Origin: Sedimentisphaerales bacterium
GTDB taxonomy: Bacteria > Planctomycetota > Phycisphaerae > Sedimentisphaerales > Anaerobacaceae
Direction: 5' to 3'
DNA length: 64,000 nt
Assembly (NCBI GenBank): GCA_040772485.1
Contig: JAXGYC010000007.1
Location: 96,001 to 160,000 of the forward strand
Below, in pieces: positions 28,184-39,402 of the stretch. The stretch's first letter is position 1. Each line of letters begins with the position of its first letter. Position numbers and translations under genes: made by a program. Under the pieces are notes generated by a model. The model was not told the DNA's origin and did not search any database. It worked only from the letters and a program-made list of their open reading frames with translations.

Positions 28184-29623
28184 TCAGTTGGGGCAGACCT
28201 TACGATGCCCTGCAGTAGGAGAATGGCACTTCTGGATTACTCTCGGTTGCTTTCCTCGTGCCGTCTTGACCAGTTCGGTCCGCACCTCCAGATCCAGCAC
28301 GACCTGGCACTGAAGCCGCTTGTTCATATTCGTGACGATCCGTCGTTTCTCCTCCGCATCGAGCGCGATGGTGGGAACGACGCACAATGTCGCTGTGCCA
28401 GGTGAGGACTGGTGGAACTGGTATTCCCGCACATGTCTGAACGTATCATCATGGACGTTGAGGGCGGTCATGCTGACGACCGAACCATCCGCCGCGATCA
28501 GCCCCCCTTGCGGCCACCTCCCCTTGATGTCTCGGAGCACCGTATGTTGGCGACCGCATGCCTCACATCGCTCCCCCACGTAAGTGGCATGGTCGCCGGT
28601 ACAGTAACGAATGAACGGCATGACCGTGTTGATGAACCCGGTGCCGACGATTTCTCCCTCCTGGCCCGCTGTGGCAATGGGTGTCCCCTGTTCGTCCAAC
28701 AACTCGAAATAGCCGTACGTGGGCCAAACGTGATAGTCGCTGGAATGTTCACATTGAGTTGCCAGTACACATTTCTCGGAGTGCCCGTAGGAGGAGAAAG
28801 TCCGTACACCGAGCACACGCTCGATAGTGTCAACCTGATCGGGGTAGAGATTCTCAGACTCGAGGATCACGACCTGGACATTCGAAGGGGCGGCCTGCGC
28901 GTTCGCGCCAATGTACCTTGCGAAGGCATAGGCGCTCGATGGATAGGCGTGAAACCCGCATTTGCCAATGGTGTGAATATGCCTCAGATACCGGCCCATG
29001 TCCTCATCCGACATGTGAAAGGCGCTGTAATAGTGGTGTCGGAGAATCGGATCATACTCGTAGTGCAAGCCGTTCCGGTCCGGCTTTACCATCCGACCCC
29101 GCAGCACAGCCATCGGCATGCCTAGCCGATAGCCGGCACGTTCCCAACTCGTCGTCAAATAGGCGTATTCTGCCGAGGATCGGTCGGCATTGATGTAGAA
29201 CTCCAGCGGTTTGCCGCTCGTGCCGCCTGTCGATATGTAGTCGACATCTGGCGCATCCACGCTTCGCGTGCACATGTCCGTCAGATTCTCGGCGACCATG
29301 GACTTGTCGATGGTGGGCAATTTCGCCATATCTTCAAGAGATCGGAGGTCCTGCGGACGGAAACCGATACGATCAAACGTCCGGCGGTAGAACTCGGTCT
29401 TCTCGTAGGCCAGCGTGAGGATCTCGCGCAGGCGATCCAACTGATACTGCCGGATGCGATCCGCAGACCACCACTGGGCCTCTCGTGCAAAAGCACGCTG
29501 CCGGCGGAACTTCCGGCCCAAGAGCCAAGGCAAAGGCACAAATCCGAGCCCTTTGCCGAGAATCGTCCTCGCCCAAGCCGGTGTCTTGTCCCATAGGTTC
29601 TTCTTGGACCGAGCATTCTTCAT
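28184..29623 (-). CDS. Phenylacetate-CoA ligase / CapK-like adenylating enzyme
   Basis: STGGTSGKP, YGHSE and MPFIRYCTGD motifs. Confidence 0.85.
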   Translation of the reverse strand: MKNARSKKNLWDKTPAWARTILGKGLGFVPLPWLLGRKFRRQRAFAREAQWWSADRIRQYQLDRLREILTLAYEKTEFYRRTFDRIGFRPQDLRSLEDMAKLPTIDKSMVAENLTDMCTRSVDAPDVDYISTGGTSGKPLEFYINADRSSAEYAYLTTSWERAGYRLGMPMAVLRGRMVKPDRNGLHYEYDPILRHHYYSAFHMSDEDMGRYLRHIHTIGKCGFHAYPSSAYAFARYIGANAQAAPSNVQVVILESENLYPDQVDTIERVLGVRTFSSYGHSEKCVLATQCEHSSDYHVWPTYGYFELLDEQGTPIATAGQEGEIVGTGFINTVMPFIRYCTGDHATYVGERCEACGRQHTVLRDIKGRWPQGGLIAADGSVVSMTALNVHDDTFRHVREYQFHQSSPGTATLCVVPTIALDAEEKRRIVTNMNKRLQCQVVLDLEVRTELVKTARGKQPRVIQKCHSPTAGHRKVCPN

Positions 29624-29666
29624 AGCACGTGATCTCCCGACGCACTCTTCCGGCCGGCGTTGGTCT

Positions 29667-31184
29667 TCAGCGGCAATTCGCTGGCATCTCGGCGGCGGGG
29701 TCTGCCATTTCTACGCGGCCACGCCAGCCAAAATGGGGTTTGAAGGACAACAGGCTTCCATCCCATTGGCTCAGAAGGCCGTCGTACTGGGTCTCGGAGG
29801 ATCGACACAGGACCTCATCGTAGCCAAACTGCGCCAGCCGCAACGAGTGCTCGTTGCCCATCGCTTCACGCACCATGGGAAGACGCTGATAGTCGAATCC
29901 CATCAGTCTCGCACAGGCCAGTTCGACGGCAACCGGATTGTGCCCGGCCACCACTAAACCGGCGGCTTTGGCGGTGGGATCGAGAGGACCGTTGCCCTCG
30001 CCAGCAACGATGCCATCGACGATGCAGAACACACGTCTGGTGGGGCGATCCTGAATACTGCCTTTGCTGTCCGAGTACAGCAGAATCCGGTTCAGATCGA
30101 GCGCCATCCGCCAGGCGGTGTCGTTGCCGTGCCAGTTCCCGGAACGAATGGTGTCTTTGTTCGTGTCGCCGAAGACACGCTTGCCCGCCGCTTTGATCGG
30201 TCCGGCGACCATGGTCCGCAGGGGGCCAAAGAAGGGAAACACTCGGCGGAAGCATTCCATGCTCCGCCGCTCAATTCGATGCATCATCCCATCATCGGCA
30301 TACTGATCGCCTCCCTGGGAGGGGGTGCCCTCGCGATGGTGCGGCAACCAGTTCTTGTTGCCGTTGATTCCCACGAGGTTCTTCAGACAAACCGTAATGC
30401 CTGTCTTCTTGTGCGTCTTGAGCTTGGGCAGATTAATGATGCAGTCGGCATCCAGGATCGTCCTGGAGATCATGTACTCGTGCACGCCGCCGGTGTGGTG
30501 ACTGCGAATCTCGCGGGTGTCATACTCCGAGCCGTAGAGCAGATGGCATAGATGCTCGATCTCTGCGAACATGGAGTGTGAGCCAAGATTGACTTTCACG
30601 TAGCCGGCCGGATCGCCAGGCAACGGTTCGTGTCCAACGATCACACCGTCGATCTTCTTTGCTTTCTCCGGCCGCAGATCGTATACCTCCACCTCGAAGC
30701 CGGCGTATTGTCGATAGAACTCCTGGATCGTGTCGAGTCCGACGATTCGCCGGATCGCGTCGAAGTCCGCATCATTCTGCGGGGCATCGGCAATGATGAT
30801 CCGGCCCTGCCCCTTCAGGGCGATATAGACATAATCCATGGCGGCTCGAATGATCGAGCCATGAGTGATCAGACAGTGATCGTGGCCCTCGTGTGTCTCG
30901 CGAAACTCGCGAACAAAGTTCGGCTTCAATACCACCGTCTGACCGGGTTGGATGATCCCACCCAGTGGATTCCAGTCACTGTGTCCGTAGTGCTCTGCAT
31001 CGAGACCCAGCAACCGCAACGCTTCGCGAAGCCCGTCATATGCGTCATTTGTCTCATTCGCTAAGCCGGCAGCCTTGAATGAATACTCAGGGTACCTCTC
31101 TCTCGGCAAATATGGAGTCCACTGTGGGTAGTTCTCAGCCCCGGCGGCAATTGAAACCGTCTGGTAATCTATCATATCGACCAT
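29667..31184 (-). CDS. DUF362 domain protein
   Basis: VVLKPNFV, INLPKLKTH...TVCLKNLVG and DGIVAGEGNGP motifs. Confidence 0.85.
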   Translation of the reverse strand: MVDMIDYQTVSIAAGAENYPQWTPYLPRERYPEYSFKAAGLANETNDAYDGLREALRLLGLDAEHYGHSDWNPLGGIIQPGQTVVLKPNFVREFRETHEGHDHCLITHGSIIRAAMDYVYIALKGQGRIIIADAPQNDADFDAIRRIVGLDTIQEFYRQYAGFEVEVYDLRPEKAKKIDGVIVGHEPLPGDPAGYVKVNLGSHSMFAEIEHLCHLLYGSEYDTREIRSHHTGGVHEYMISRTILDADCIINLPKLKTHKKTGITVCLKNLVGINGNKNWLPHHREGTPSQGGDQYADDGMMHRIERRSMECFRRVFPFFGPLRTMVAGPIKAAGKRVFGDTNKDTIRSGNWHGNDTAWRMALDLNRILLYSDSKGSIQDRPTRRVFCIVDGIVAGEGNGPLDPTAKAAGLVVAGHNPVAVELACARLMGFDYQRLPMVREAMGNEHSLRLAQFGYDEVLCRSSETQYDGLLSQWDGSLLSFKPHFGWRGRVEMADPAAEMPANCR

Positions 31185-32431
31185 GACGGCAAAGCCTCAT
31201 TGTCGGTGCGCGATTGTTCCATGATGATCTTTCGCAAACAGTGTCGCCACTTATTGGAAACCGCCTCGACACCGCTGTACTCCGTGGCCACCTTCATCGC
31301 TGCCAAAGAGCACTTTCGCCATGCCGCCTCATCACTGAGGATCTGGACGATACGATCCCGAAATCCTTCGATATCGCCTTCGTCCATTACAAAGCCGGTG
31401 ATGCCGTCCTGCACCAGATCACGAAGATCGCCCACATCGGAGACAACAGGAACGGCTCCATTGGCCATCGCTTCGATCATGGCGATCGAGAGGCCCTCCG
31501 ATCTCGACGTGAGCACGTAAACCTTCGACCGGCACACTAACTCTGAGACGTCTTCTCTCGTGCCCAGGAACGTAACGCGGTCTTCCACTCCCATCGTTCG
31601 AGCCTGCCGCCGTGCGGCCGTCATCTCCGGGCCGTCCCCAATTACCATCGCCGTGAGCCGGGGAATCTGTTCGGCGACGCCCGCAACAATCGAAATGAAA
31701 CGGTCCGGTCTCTTGCATTCCGTGAGTCGGCCAACGAACATCAGATCGCAGTCGCGCTCGTCACGACTGTGCCATCTTCCCGGCGTCTGGACACTCCCCG
31801 TGACAATTGCCAGGTTCTTGCGGTAGCCGATTTCGCGGAGAAATGCCGCCGCCTTTGTGCCGCGCACAACGACCAAGTCAAACTGCCTAACCACTCTGCG
31901 TACAAGACCTTCGATCAGAGGCGAATGGCCTCCAAGCCCGGCCAGGACTCGATTCTCCGCGCACCAGCCTCCCCCTAGAAGTTCCGTGGGTCCCGACGTG
32001 TCCTGGTAGCACGCTGGTCGATTCAGCAGACGAGCAACACAGAGAGCGGAGACCGCGGACGGAAATATGTGGTAGCCCATATACATGTCCGGTCGCCGGA
32101 GCAGACCGACACGGAGCATCCAAACGAACTTGGCCCCTGCGCGGCTTATCAACTTGGCCAGCCACTTGGGAGGGCAGGCAAAGCAGACTCCGTTCAACGG
32201 CTGCAACGGCTCATCGATCACCAGGATGACTTCTTTGATCCCACTGCGGGTCAGCGGCACGACGTGGGACAGATACCAGTTCGGATTGAAGAACGTTCCC
32301 GTGACGGCAAGCCGTCCGGTTGGTTGCCGTCGCCGGCGCGGGATCATGCGACCCATCACGGCCACCAGCCATGTGACGCCATACGCACTGACCAGCAGGA
32401 TATGCGACGCGATTCTGCGGATCGTATTCAT
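31172..32431 (-). CDS. Glycosyltransferase family 4
   Basis: FVGRL and SRSEGLSIAMIEAMANG motifs. Confidence 0.9.
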   Translation of the reverse strand: MNTIRRIASHILLVSAYGVTWLVAVMGRMIPRRRRQPTGRLAVTGTFFNPNWYLSHVVPLTRSGIKEVILVIDEPLQPLNGVCFACPPKWLAKLISRAGAKFVWMLRVGLLRRPDMYMGYHIFPSAVSALCVARLLNRPACYQDTSGPTELLGGGWCAENRVLAGLGGHSPLIEGLVRRVVRQFDLVVVRGTKAAAFLREIGYRKNLAIVTGSVQTPGRWHSRDERDCDLMFVGRLTECKRPDRFISIVAGVAEQIPRLTAMVIGDGPEMTAARRQARTMGVEDRVTFLGTREDVSELVCRSKVYVLTSRSEGLSIAMIEAMANGAVPVVSDVGDLRDLVQDGITGFVMDEGDIEGFRDRIVQILSDEAAWRKCSLAAMKVATEYSGVEAVSNKWRHCLRKIIMEQSRTDNEALPSWSI

Positions 32432-33591
32432 AGCACAGCGGGTCCGAGACTTCGTCCGCCTTCGCGGTGCAGAAGCTCCATGTACACATCCGCCATCTTC
32501 TCGGCCAGTCGCTTCGTGGAGAACTCATCACACACCCACTGTCGCGCGTTCTGGCCCATTTCTCGTCGCCGGGTGGAATCGCCCAGGATCAATCCGATCC
32601 GATTTGCCATGAACGTATGGTCGTTCACATCGACGAGATATCCTACTTTGCCGTCCTTGACCACATATGCGTTGTCACACACCCTGCTGGCCACGACCGG
32701 GACTCCACAGGCCATCGACTCCAGCAGGACATTGGGAGTCCCCTCATGATAGGACGCAAGCACCGTAATATCGCAGGCGGGATAGAGCTGCTCCGTCGTA
32801 TCTCGGTGCCCCGTGAACACGCATCGATCACGAATCCCCAACTCATCGACAAGGCGTTGGAGCTGAGCGTGATAGGCATCCAGTCTACCTCGGCTGTCCG
32901 TCGGCAGATCACCAACCAGAAGCAGACGCGCATCCGGAAATGCGTCAAGAACACATTTGAATGCCCGGAATGCCATGGCGTGGTTCTTCTGCTTCTTAAA
33001 ATTGGCGAAGACACCAACCAGCGGAGCTGAATCGGGAACATTAAGCTGCTTTCGAATCTCTACGCGGTTGGCAGGGTGAAAACGCTTCGTATCCACACCA
33101 TTGTATACCACTCGGTACTCCGATAGCGGCCGCTTGAACATTCTGGCGTTAGATTCTGCTCCAGCATTCGAGTTGGCAACAACGATGTCCACACAACGTT
33201 GTGTGATTTTGTAGGCAAGCATATATCTCGCCGCAATAGAATAGTTGGCATTTCTTTCAGAACCGACAATCAACTTGGTTCCTGTCAGACGCCCTGCAAG
33301 CCGACTCACAATCTCGGCACTAAAGAGAAACCCATGCACAACATGCGCATTCAACTTCTTCAGCAGTCGCGCCAAGCGTGGTACCACAGTGAGGTCACAT
33401 CTGTTGTACTTCTTGACCACATGGAGCCTGTGTTCGCCATCCATCAACGCGTTGCTAAGGGGGAGATTATTGGAGAGGGAACACACGTGGACGTCGAAAC
33501 AATTGGAGTCCATGTTGTTTGCCAATTCAACCACCTGACGTTCAGCCCCCCCATATCCGAGGTCGTCCACCACGAGGACAACACGAATCAT
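32428..33591 (-). CDS. Glycosyltransferase family 4
   Basis: GGAERQ and SYHEGTPNVLLESMACG motifs. Confidence 0.9.
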   Translation of the reverse strand: MIRVVLVVDDLGYGGAERQVVELANNMDSNCFDVHVCSLSNNLPLSNALMDGEHRLHVVKKYNRCDLTVVPRLARLLKKLNAHVVHGFLFSAEIVSRLAGRLTGTKLIVGSERNANYSIAARYMLAYKITQRCVDIVVANSNAGAESNARMFKRPLSEYRVVYNGVDTKRFHPANRVEIRKQLNVPDSAPLVGVFANFKKQKNHAMAFRAFKCVLDAFPDARLLLVGDLPTDSRGRLDAYHAQLQRLVDELGIRDRCVFTGHRDTTEQLYPACDITVLASYHEGTPNVLLESMACGVPVVASRVCDNAYVVKDGKVGYLVDVNDHTFMANRIGLILGDSTRRREMGQNARQWVCDEFSTKRLAEKMADVYMELLHREGGRSLGPAVL

Positions 33592-33691
33592 GCGATTTCG
33601 CGCTCCGAGCGTCTTCGACCGAGTGTGGCCTCTGGGCCGGATCAAGTTCTTGTACATTGTACACAAGGCTGCATTACCCATGGCAAGGTTT

Positions 33692-35602
33692 CTAATTGCT
33701 ATGCAACCACGATTGAAACATCAGAAGATTCCACATTGTTTCAGTATGATCATGCCGCCCGATCATATGATCATCAAGGTAGTTACGCACAACGCGGGGA
33801 TTCAGTATGCCATCCTGTTTGATTGACTCATCGGACAAGACATCGTATGTCCATTCCCGCAATTCTTTGCGGAGCCATTGATTCAGAGGAACGGAAAATC
33901 CCTTTTTGGGTCGGTCAACAAAATCCGGAGGAACATACTTGTAAAGGATTTGTCGCAGAGGCCACTTGGTCCTACCGTCACGAAACTTCATCTTGAGAGG
34001 AAGTCTAAATGCAAACTCAACAATGCGATGATCAAGAAGTGGGATTCGCGTCTCCAGACTACAGGCCATCGCAGCTCGGTCAACTTTGACGAGAATATCA
34101 TCAGGTAGATACGACAGCCCATCCAGAACCATGATCACATTCTCAGGTCTGGACAGCTTGGGCAACTCCCCGCATGAGAACACAGTCGCGGGCTCTATGG
34201 AATTCAAAACGAGTTCCGAAGGAGCAGCGTTCGCTGACACCATAGCTCTGTACACATCCACAAAGGTTCCGGCCTGCAATAAGGCTCGTATCACTGCCTG
34301 CTGTCTTTGACTTGATTTGCACAGGCGTCCTACGAGGTCTACGAGCAGTCCTCGGAAGAACTTATTCACAACTCGAAGTCTCTGTGCAATGGCCCAACGC
34401 TTGGCCAGCAACGTGTAAACCGTATAACCATAGAACAATTCATCTCCGGCATCTCCCGACAAGCTAACCGTTACATGTTGCCTGGCCAACTGAGAGACTA
34501 GGAATGTCGGAATCTGGGATGCATCTGCAAAAGGCTCATCGTACACATGCGGCATCCGGTGCATCACATCCATGACCTGTCGAGGAGTCATGTAAAGCTC
34601 AGTGTGCTTGCATCCAAGGTGCTGCGCAATACGCTTTGCATGGCCAGCTTCATCATAACCGTGCTCCTGAAAACCTATGCAGAATGTGTTGACGGGTTCC
34701 GGATTCAGTCTCTGCATCAGCGCAACAACTGTCGAGGAATCGATACCGCCAGACAGAAAAGCGCCCAGTGGAACATCGGCGACCATCTGGCCTTCGATCG
34801 AATCAAGGAGGAGCATCTCGAGATTGCTGACCGCGTCTTCTGAAGAACCATCATATCCGCTTGACTCGGCCTCCTCCGCTACTTGTTTTAGAGACCAATA
34901 CGTGGTCTTCCTGTAATGTCTCAGGCTATTGTTCAGCAGGTTTCTGCGAATCGACATTTCGAGAATGGTGCCGGGTTCCAGTTTGAATACATCCCGATAA
35001 ACCGAGTACGGTGCGGGGATGTATTTGTGCCGGAAGTACAGCGATAGAGAGTCTCTGCAGATCTCGCCTATGAACTCTGGGTGGCTTCGCATTGCTTTCA
35101 GTTCTGAAGCAAACAGGAACGTGTCCTTTTGCCACCCATAATACAGCGGCTTCTCGCCCATGCGGTCTCTGATGAGATAGAGTATCGCTTCTCTAACATC
35201 CCATAGCGCGATAGCGAACATTCCGATGCATTTGCCGATCGTCTGTCTGACTCCCCAGCGTTCTACTCCCGCGAGAACAACCTCCGTGTCTGAATGCCCT
35301 CTGAAAACGCTACCACAAGATGCCAATTCCCGGCGCAGCGCACGGTGGTTGTAGATCTCGCCATTAAAAACGATGACATAGCGCCCAGTGTCGGAATGCA
35401 TGGGTTGACTGCCGCTGCTAGACAGGTCAATGATTGACAGGCGCCGATGCGCCAAAGCCAGTTCTACTTCGTCGCTTATCCACACGCCGCCACTGTCTGG
35501 TCCTCGGTGCTGCATAGCGCCTGCCATCATGTTGGCAATGGCAATTATCTCGCCGGCACGTCTCTGGCTCTTGATCGTGATGTATCCCGCTATACCACAC
35601 AT
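33692..35602 (-). CDS. asnB: Asparagine synthase-like glutamine amidotransferase (EPS amidation)
   Basis: MCGIAG, HRGPD, NGEIYN, LSGGIDSS and SGDAGDELF motifs. Confidence 0.92.
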   Translation of the reverse strand: MCGIAGYITIKSQRRAGEIIAIANMMAGAMQHRGPDSGGVWISDEVELALAHRRLSIIDLSSSGSQPMHSDTGRYVIVFNGEIYNHRALRRELASCGSVFRGHSDTEVVLAGVERWGVRQTIGKCIGMFAIALWDVREAILYLIRDRMGEKPLYYGWQKDTFLFASELKAMRSHPEFIGEICRDSLSLYFRHKYIPAPYSVYRDVFKLEPGTILEMSIRRNLLNNSLRHYRKTTYWSLKQVAEEAESSGYDGSSEDAVSNLEMLLLDSIEGQMVADVPLGAFLSGGIDSSTVVALMQRLNPEPVNTFCIGFQEHGYDEAGHAKRIAQHLGCKHTELYMTPRQVMDVMHRMPHVYDEPFADASQIPTFLVSQLARQHVTVSLSGDAGDELFYGYTVYTLLAKRWAIAQRLRVVNKFFRGLLVDLVGRLCKSSQRQQAVIRALLQAGTFVDVYRAMVSANAAPSELVLNSIEPATVFSCGELPKLSRPENVIMVLDGLSYLPDDILVKVDRAAMACSLETRIPLLDHRIVEFAFRLPLKMKFRDGRTKWPLRQILYKYVPPDFVDRPKKGFSVPLNQWLRKELREWTYDVLSDESIKQDGILNPRVVRNYLDDHMIGRHDHTETMWNLLMFQSWLHSN

Positions 35603-35625
35603 CTGTCGGTGTTCCAGTGACACAC

Positions 35626-36765
35626 TCACTGCCTACATAGGTCCTCTACTACGCGAGCAAACCGACTCATACTCGAATCGAGTGCATGGTTCTTTAGATA
35701 GTAATCTCGCGCGGACTCAGCGGCGGTCCGCCACTGTTCCACATCAGTGGTTGCCGCAAGAAGAGCATCAGCTAGGCCGTCAACAGACTCTGCAGTCCAC
35801 CCAAGGTTGTGTCGGGAGATCACGCCATCGGGATCAAAGGTTGAAACTACTGGTATACCAAGACTCCATGCCTCCAAGAAGGTATTTGGAAAACCTTCGT
35901 ATGCGGATGTACAGCAGAGGACGCGGCAACGCCGATAGTAGCCTGCCATCTCCTTGTGCAAGATTCTGCCATGCATCTCCACATTGGGGATCTGAGCGGC
36001 ACGCATTGTCAGCATAGAGGCATATTCGGAGTTAGCGTTACAGGCCCCCACTACGTCAAAATGGATCTCTGGGTACCGTTGTGCCACATCGAGAAGCCAC
36101 TCCAGACGTTTCTCGTCACTAATGCGGCCGACCCACAGTACATGCGAGGAACTCTCCTGATAGCTGTTTCGAGTAGGCAACTCTGTCAGTGGAAACCCTT
36201 CGCAGGGCATCGAAATCACGGTTGAATCGATCCCAAAGCCTTCCCAGAGCATTTGTCGTTGGTGTTGCGTCTGGACTATGATACGATCCGCATGTTGGAG
36301 GCCATACTTGTAGAGAAGCCGTTCTCTCCACGGTTTAAGTATGGGTAGATTGGGGTCACAATTGGGATCGCTGGCAACGGAGTACACAGACTTGCGGCCG
36401 TGCCTGCGGCACCACATCACCATCTGGCCCAGACCGAGGTCACCACAGTTGTAGTAGTATACGTCAGCATCGGCCCGCTGCATCGCTGCGCTCAGACTTG
36501 TCCATCTCGGATACAGAAAACGCAAACCTTTGCAGCCAGTATCACGCCGGCACATCTTAAACACACTGACTCGAGAAATCTCGACACCGTCTGGCTGCCC
36601 CTCATCCCAGGTAATCATGGTGACAGCATAGCCGTGAGAGGAAAACCAACGCCCCATCAGGGATGACTGGGTTTCGATCCCGCCGGCGTGGCCGGAGTCA
36701 ATACCGGCCAACGCTCCGTAGGCATTCTGGGCTACAAAGCAGATCCGCGGTTTTCCTCTACACAT
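35626..36765 (-). CDS. Glycosyltransferase family 4
   Basis: LWVGRI and EGFPNTFLEAW motifs. Confidence 0.9.
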   Translation of the reverse strand: MCRGKPRICFVAQNAYGALAGIDSGHAGGIETQSSLMGRWFSSHGYAVTMITWDEGQPDGVEISRVSVFKMCRRDTGCKGLRFLYPRWTSLSAAMQRADADVYYYNCGDLGLGQMVMWCRRHGRKSVYSVASDPNCDPNLPILKPWRERLLYKYGLQHADRIIVQTQHQRQMLWEGFGIDSTVISMPCEGFPLTELPTRNSYQESSSHVLWVGRISDEKRLEWLLDVAQRYPEIHFDVVGACNANSEYASMLTMRAAQIPNVEMHGRILHKEMAGYYRRCRVLCCTSAYEGFPNTFLEAWSLGIPVVSTFDPDGVISRHNLGWTAESVDGLADALLAATTDVEQWRTAAESARDYYLKNHALDSSMSRFARVVEDLCRQ

Positions 36766-36807
36766 GTGAAGCCATATCCTTCGCTGATGATTGCGGACCA
36801 GGTAGCA

Positions 36808-37734
36808 CTAATTATCCGCTGCCTTCACTACGAGATGTCGGTCTCGAAGGAAAAGCACAATTCCCACCGGAAGACAGATAAGAAAAGCTACCCTATTTGG
36901 GGTACCTCGCCAGCAACTCTTGATCGGAAGCTGAGCATGGAGCGTGTATCGTGTGAGGTTAACGGACGACCTAAGGGAGACTGCTAGCGGCAATCGCCTG
37001 CCACAATTAAGCAATTCCGATAGTAGTACAACCTTGACCATAGGGTTCCTGATTGAGTTGACCCTGCTGTTATCTGTCAGGCCACCTTTCTGATACTCCT
37101 TGACAGCAAAAACTCTGTTGACAAATCGAGTGGAGTAGGCGTTCCCAATACGATTCCAGACTATCGACTCGCTCACGAAGCGCCCAAGATCCTCTGGAAA
37201 CGGAAACTGTCTCATGACATCTGTTCGCTTGAAGCCAATCTTATCTCCTTTCTTGCGGTGGACATTCTTGGCCTCAAAATCATCTGAATCCCAAACGTCG
37301 CTCGGGAACTTCGAGCCGATGATCTGGCCATTCTCATAGGCGCAGAGGCCGCACACACCACTACAGGTGTACTTGGCGGTGTCTTCTATAGCGTCCCAGA
37401 ACTCGAGCATCTTCTCCAATGCGTCATCTACGTACCAGTCATCAGAATCCAAAATTGCAAAGAACCTGCCCTGGGCGAGACTGACCCCCTTGTTGACGGC
37501 CGTGTGGACACCTCCATTGGGTTGCCAAACGTAGCGAATAGCAAAAGGGGCCATCCTGGTGAACGACTCCACAACTTGCGCCGTTGCGTCCCTTGATCCG
37601 TCATCAACAATGAGCCACTCGAAGTCTCTATAGGTCTGGCGCGTGAGACTCGCGTACACGCGCGGAAGTAGATTGGCCCGATTGTAGGTTCCGGTAAAGA
37701 CCGTAAAGGTATACTGATATGACAGAGTCTCCAT
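36808..37734 (-). CDS. Glycosyltransferase family 2
   Basis: TYNRA, IVDDGS and LDSDD motifs. Confidence 0.9.
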   Translation of the reverse strand: METLSYQYTFTVFTGTYNRANLLPRVYASLTRQTYRDFEWLIVDDGSRDATAQVVESFTRMAPFAIRYVWQPNGGVHTAVNKGVSLAQGRFFAILDSDDWYVDDALEKMLEFWDAIEDTAKYTCSGVCGLCAYENGQIIGSKFPSDVWDSDDFEAKNVHRKKGDKIGFKRTDVMRQFPFPEDLGRFVSESIVWNRIGNAYSTRFVNRVFAVKEYQKGGLTDNSRVNSIRNPMVKVVLLSELLNCGRRLPLAVSLRSSVNLTRYTLHAQLPIKSCWRGTPNRVAFLICLPVGIVLFLRDRHLVVKAADN

Positions 37735-37749
37735 TGTGTATCCTTCTAC

Positions 37750-39402
37750 CTACGCTGATGTCGCGGCAGGAGTCCCCATGAAGCGCAGAATCTGCGTCTT
37801 CAGGGCAGTTGGTAATACGAATCGCCAGTATACCCCTACCAGAATGGCCCCTCCCGATACACAGCCCCACAGCAGTCCTTTGCCGGGCGCTGCTGCGAAT
37901 ACGCGATGAGCAAAGACAAGGCAGACCGCAAAAGGCGATACGAAAATGATGGGTTTGACGGCTATCTGGGCAAAATAGTTTCGCAGATTGAGCCCCACGC
38001 GTCGGCATATCAGAAGTGGTAGATAGACCAAGTTCACTATCGCTAAAGGCAGCGTGATGGCTGTGGCGGTCGCCACAAGACCCCAATGGAGATATCCGAG
38101 AACCAGAAGCGACAGTGCAACTGAGCACACGGAACCGACGAACTGAGCCACACCGGCTCGACCATGGGCATTAAGACCTACCAGCATGTTCAGCACGGGC
38201 ACGTGTGCCAGCGATGCGAGGGAACCGATAGCCAGAATCGCTGGAATCAGACCATTGTCGTACCGAGGGCCCATCCACAGCCGCATCAGCGCCCCGCCAA
38301 ACACAATCAGTACAAGTACGATCGGCAAGACCAGATAGAGCGCGTAACGAACGGATTTGGTCACGAGTTCACGGATCGCCGTCATATCCCCGACGCCCTG
38401 CATAGCCGCCGTGGTTGGCGTCAGAACAAACGCCATCTTGTTGACCAGGGTGTTTACATGGTGTATCAAGGAACGCGGACGGGCGAAGAATGCCAGCGCT
38501 GCCGGGCCCAAGTACAACACAACCAGGATACTCGTGGTCTGATTCAAGAGCAGGTTGGATACACTGGGAATGAGCGACTTGCCACCGAACATGAACAGCT
38601 TCCTGACCGTGCCCCACCCGACAAAGGAGAGCTGTAACCGTAGCCCCTCACATACCCTGTGTGCGACTATTACGAGGGCCACCTCAGACACAATCGCGCC
38701 CAAGAGGTTAATCAGAGCCAGCGTCCACAGGTCCCCATTCAGCAACAGAGCGCCGATCATCCCGGCAACCATGGTTGCATAGCCAGCGCTCTTGATAGCG
38801 TTGTAAAGGCCCCAGCGATGACAGCCGGTGAGGACGCCGTGAAAGGCTCCAAAGGCCATGCTGACCGCCAGGCTGGCCCCGAGAAGAAAGACCACCCACT
38901 GGGCCTCATGGACATGCCCCTCCAACCGGTGACCGAACAGGGGATGGAGCAGGAGTGAGGCAGCAGCCGACAGTCCCAGCACCAGCACACCAGAGACACT
39001 CATGATGCAGAAAGCGGTACTGACAACGCGGTTCATGCCCTCAACATCTCTGGCGGCCCGATCCCTGGCTACGTAGCGATTCACAGAGGAACCGATCCCC
39101 GCCTGGACCAGACCGAAATAGTGTACCAACGACCAAGCAAAGTCCCAAATCCCCAGTGATTCTTGGCCAAGGTGCTCGTCAATTATACGTGGCAAGAAAA
39201 ATCCACCAAGCAGAAACGCCAAATACGCAAACCAACTCCAGAGCACACTCGAAACCAATCGCCCTCGGCCAGTAACATCTAAATCATCTTCGCGTTCTGC
39301 GCGATCCGGGCAGCAGGTGCTGTCCTGTTGGGTATAGATGCTGTCTTTTGAAGGCGGTTGGGATTCTCGCTGTGTAATATTCGGGGGGGGGTCTAGGTGC
39401 AT
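37750..39402 (-). CDS. wzx: Oligosaccharide flippase (Wzx-like)
   Basis: Many TM helices in a MOP/flippase pattern within an EPS cluster; start codon uncertain. Confidence 0.8.
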   Translation of the reverse strand: MHLDPPPNITQRESQPPSKDSIYTQQDSTCCPDRAEREDDLDVTGRGRLVSSVLWSWFAYLAFLLGGFFLPRIIDEHLGQESLGIWDFAWSLVHYFGLVQAGIGSSVNRYVARDRAARDVEGMNRVVSTAFCIMSVSGVLVLGLSAAASLLLHPLFGHRLEGHVHEAQWVVFLLGASLAVSMAFGAFHGVLTGCHRWGLYNAIKSAGYATMVAGMIGALLLNGDLWTLALINLLGAIVSEVALVIVAHRVCEGLRLQLSFVGWGTVRKLFMFGGKSLIPSVSNLLLNQTTSILVVLYLGPAALAFFARPRSLIHHVNTLVNKMAFVLTPTTAAMQGVGDMTAIRELVTKSVRYALYLVLPIVLVLIVFGGALMRLWMGPRYDNGLIPAILAIGSLASLAHVPVLNMLVGLNAHGRAGVAQFVGSVCSVALSLLVLGYLHWGLVATATAITLPLAIVNLVYLPLLICRRVGLNLRNYFAQIAVKPIIFVSPFAVCLVFAHRVFAAAPGKGLLWGCVSGGAILVGVYWRFVLPTALKTQILRFMGTPAATSA

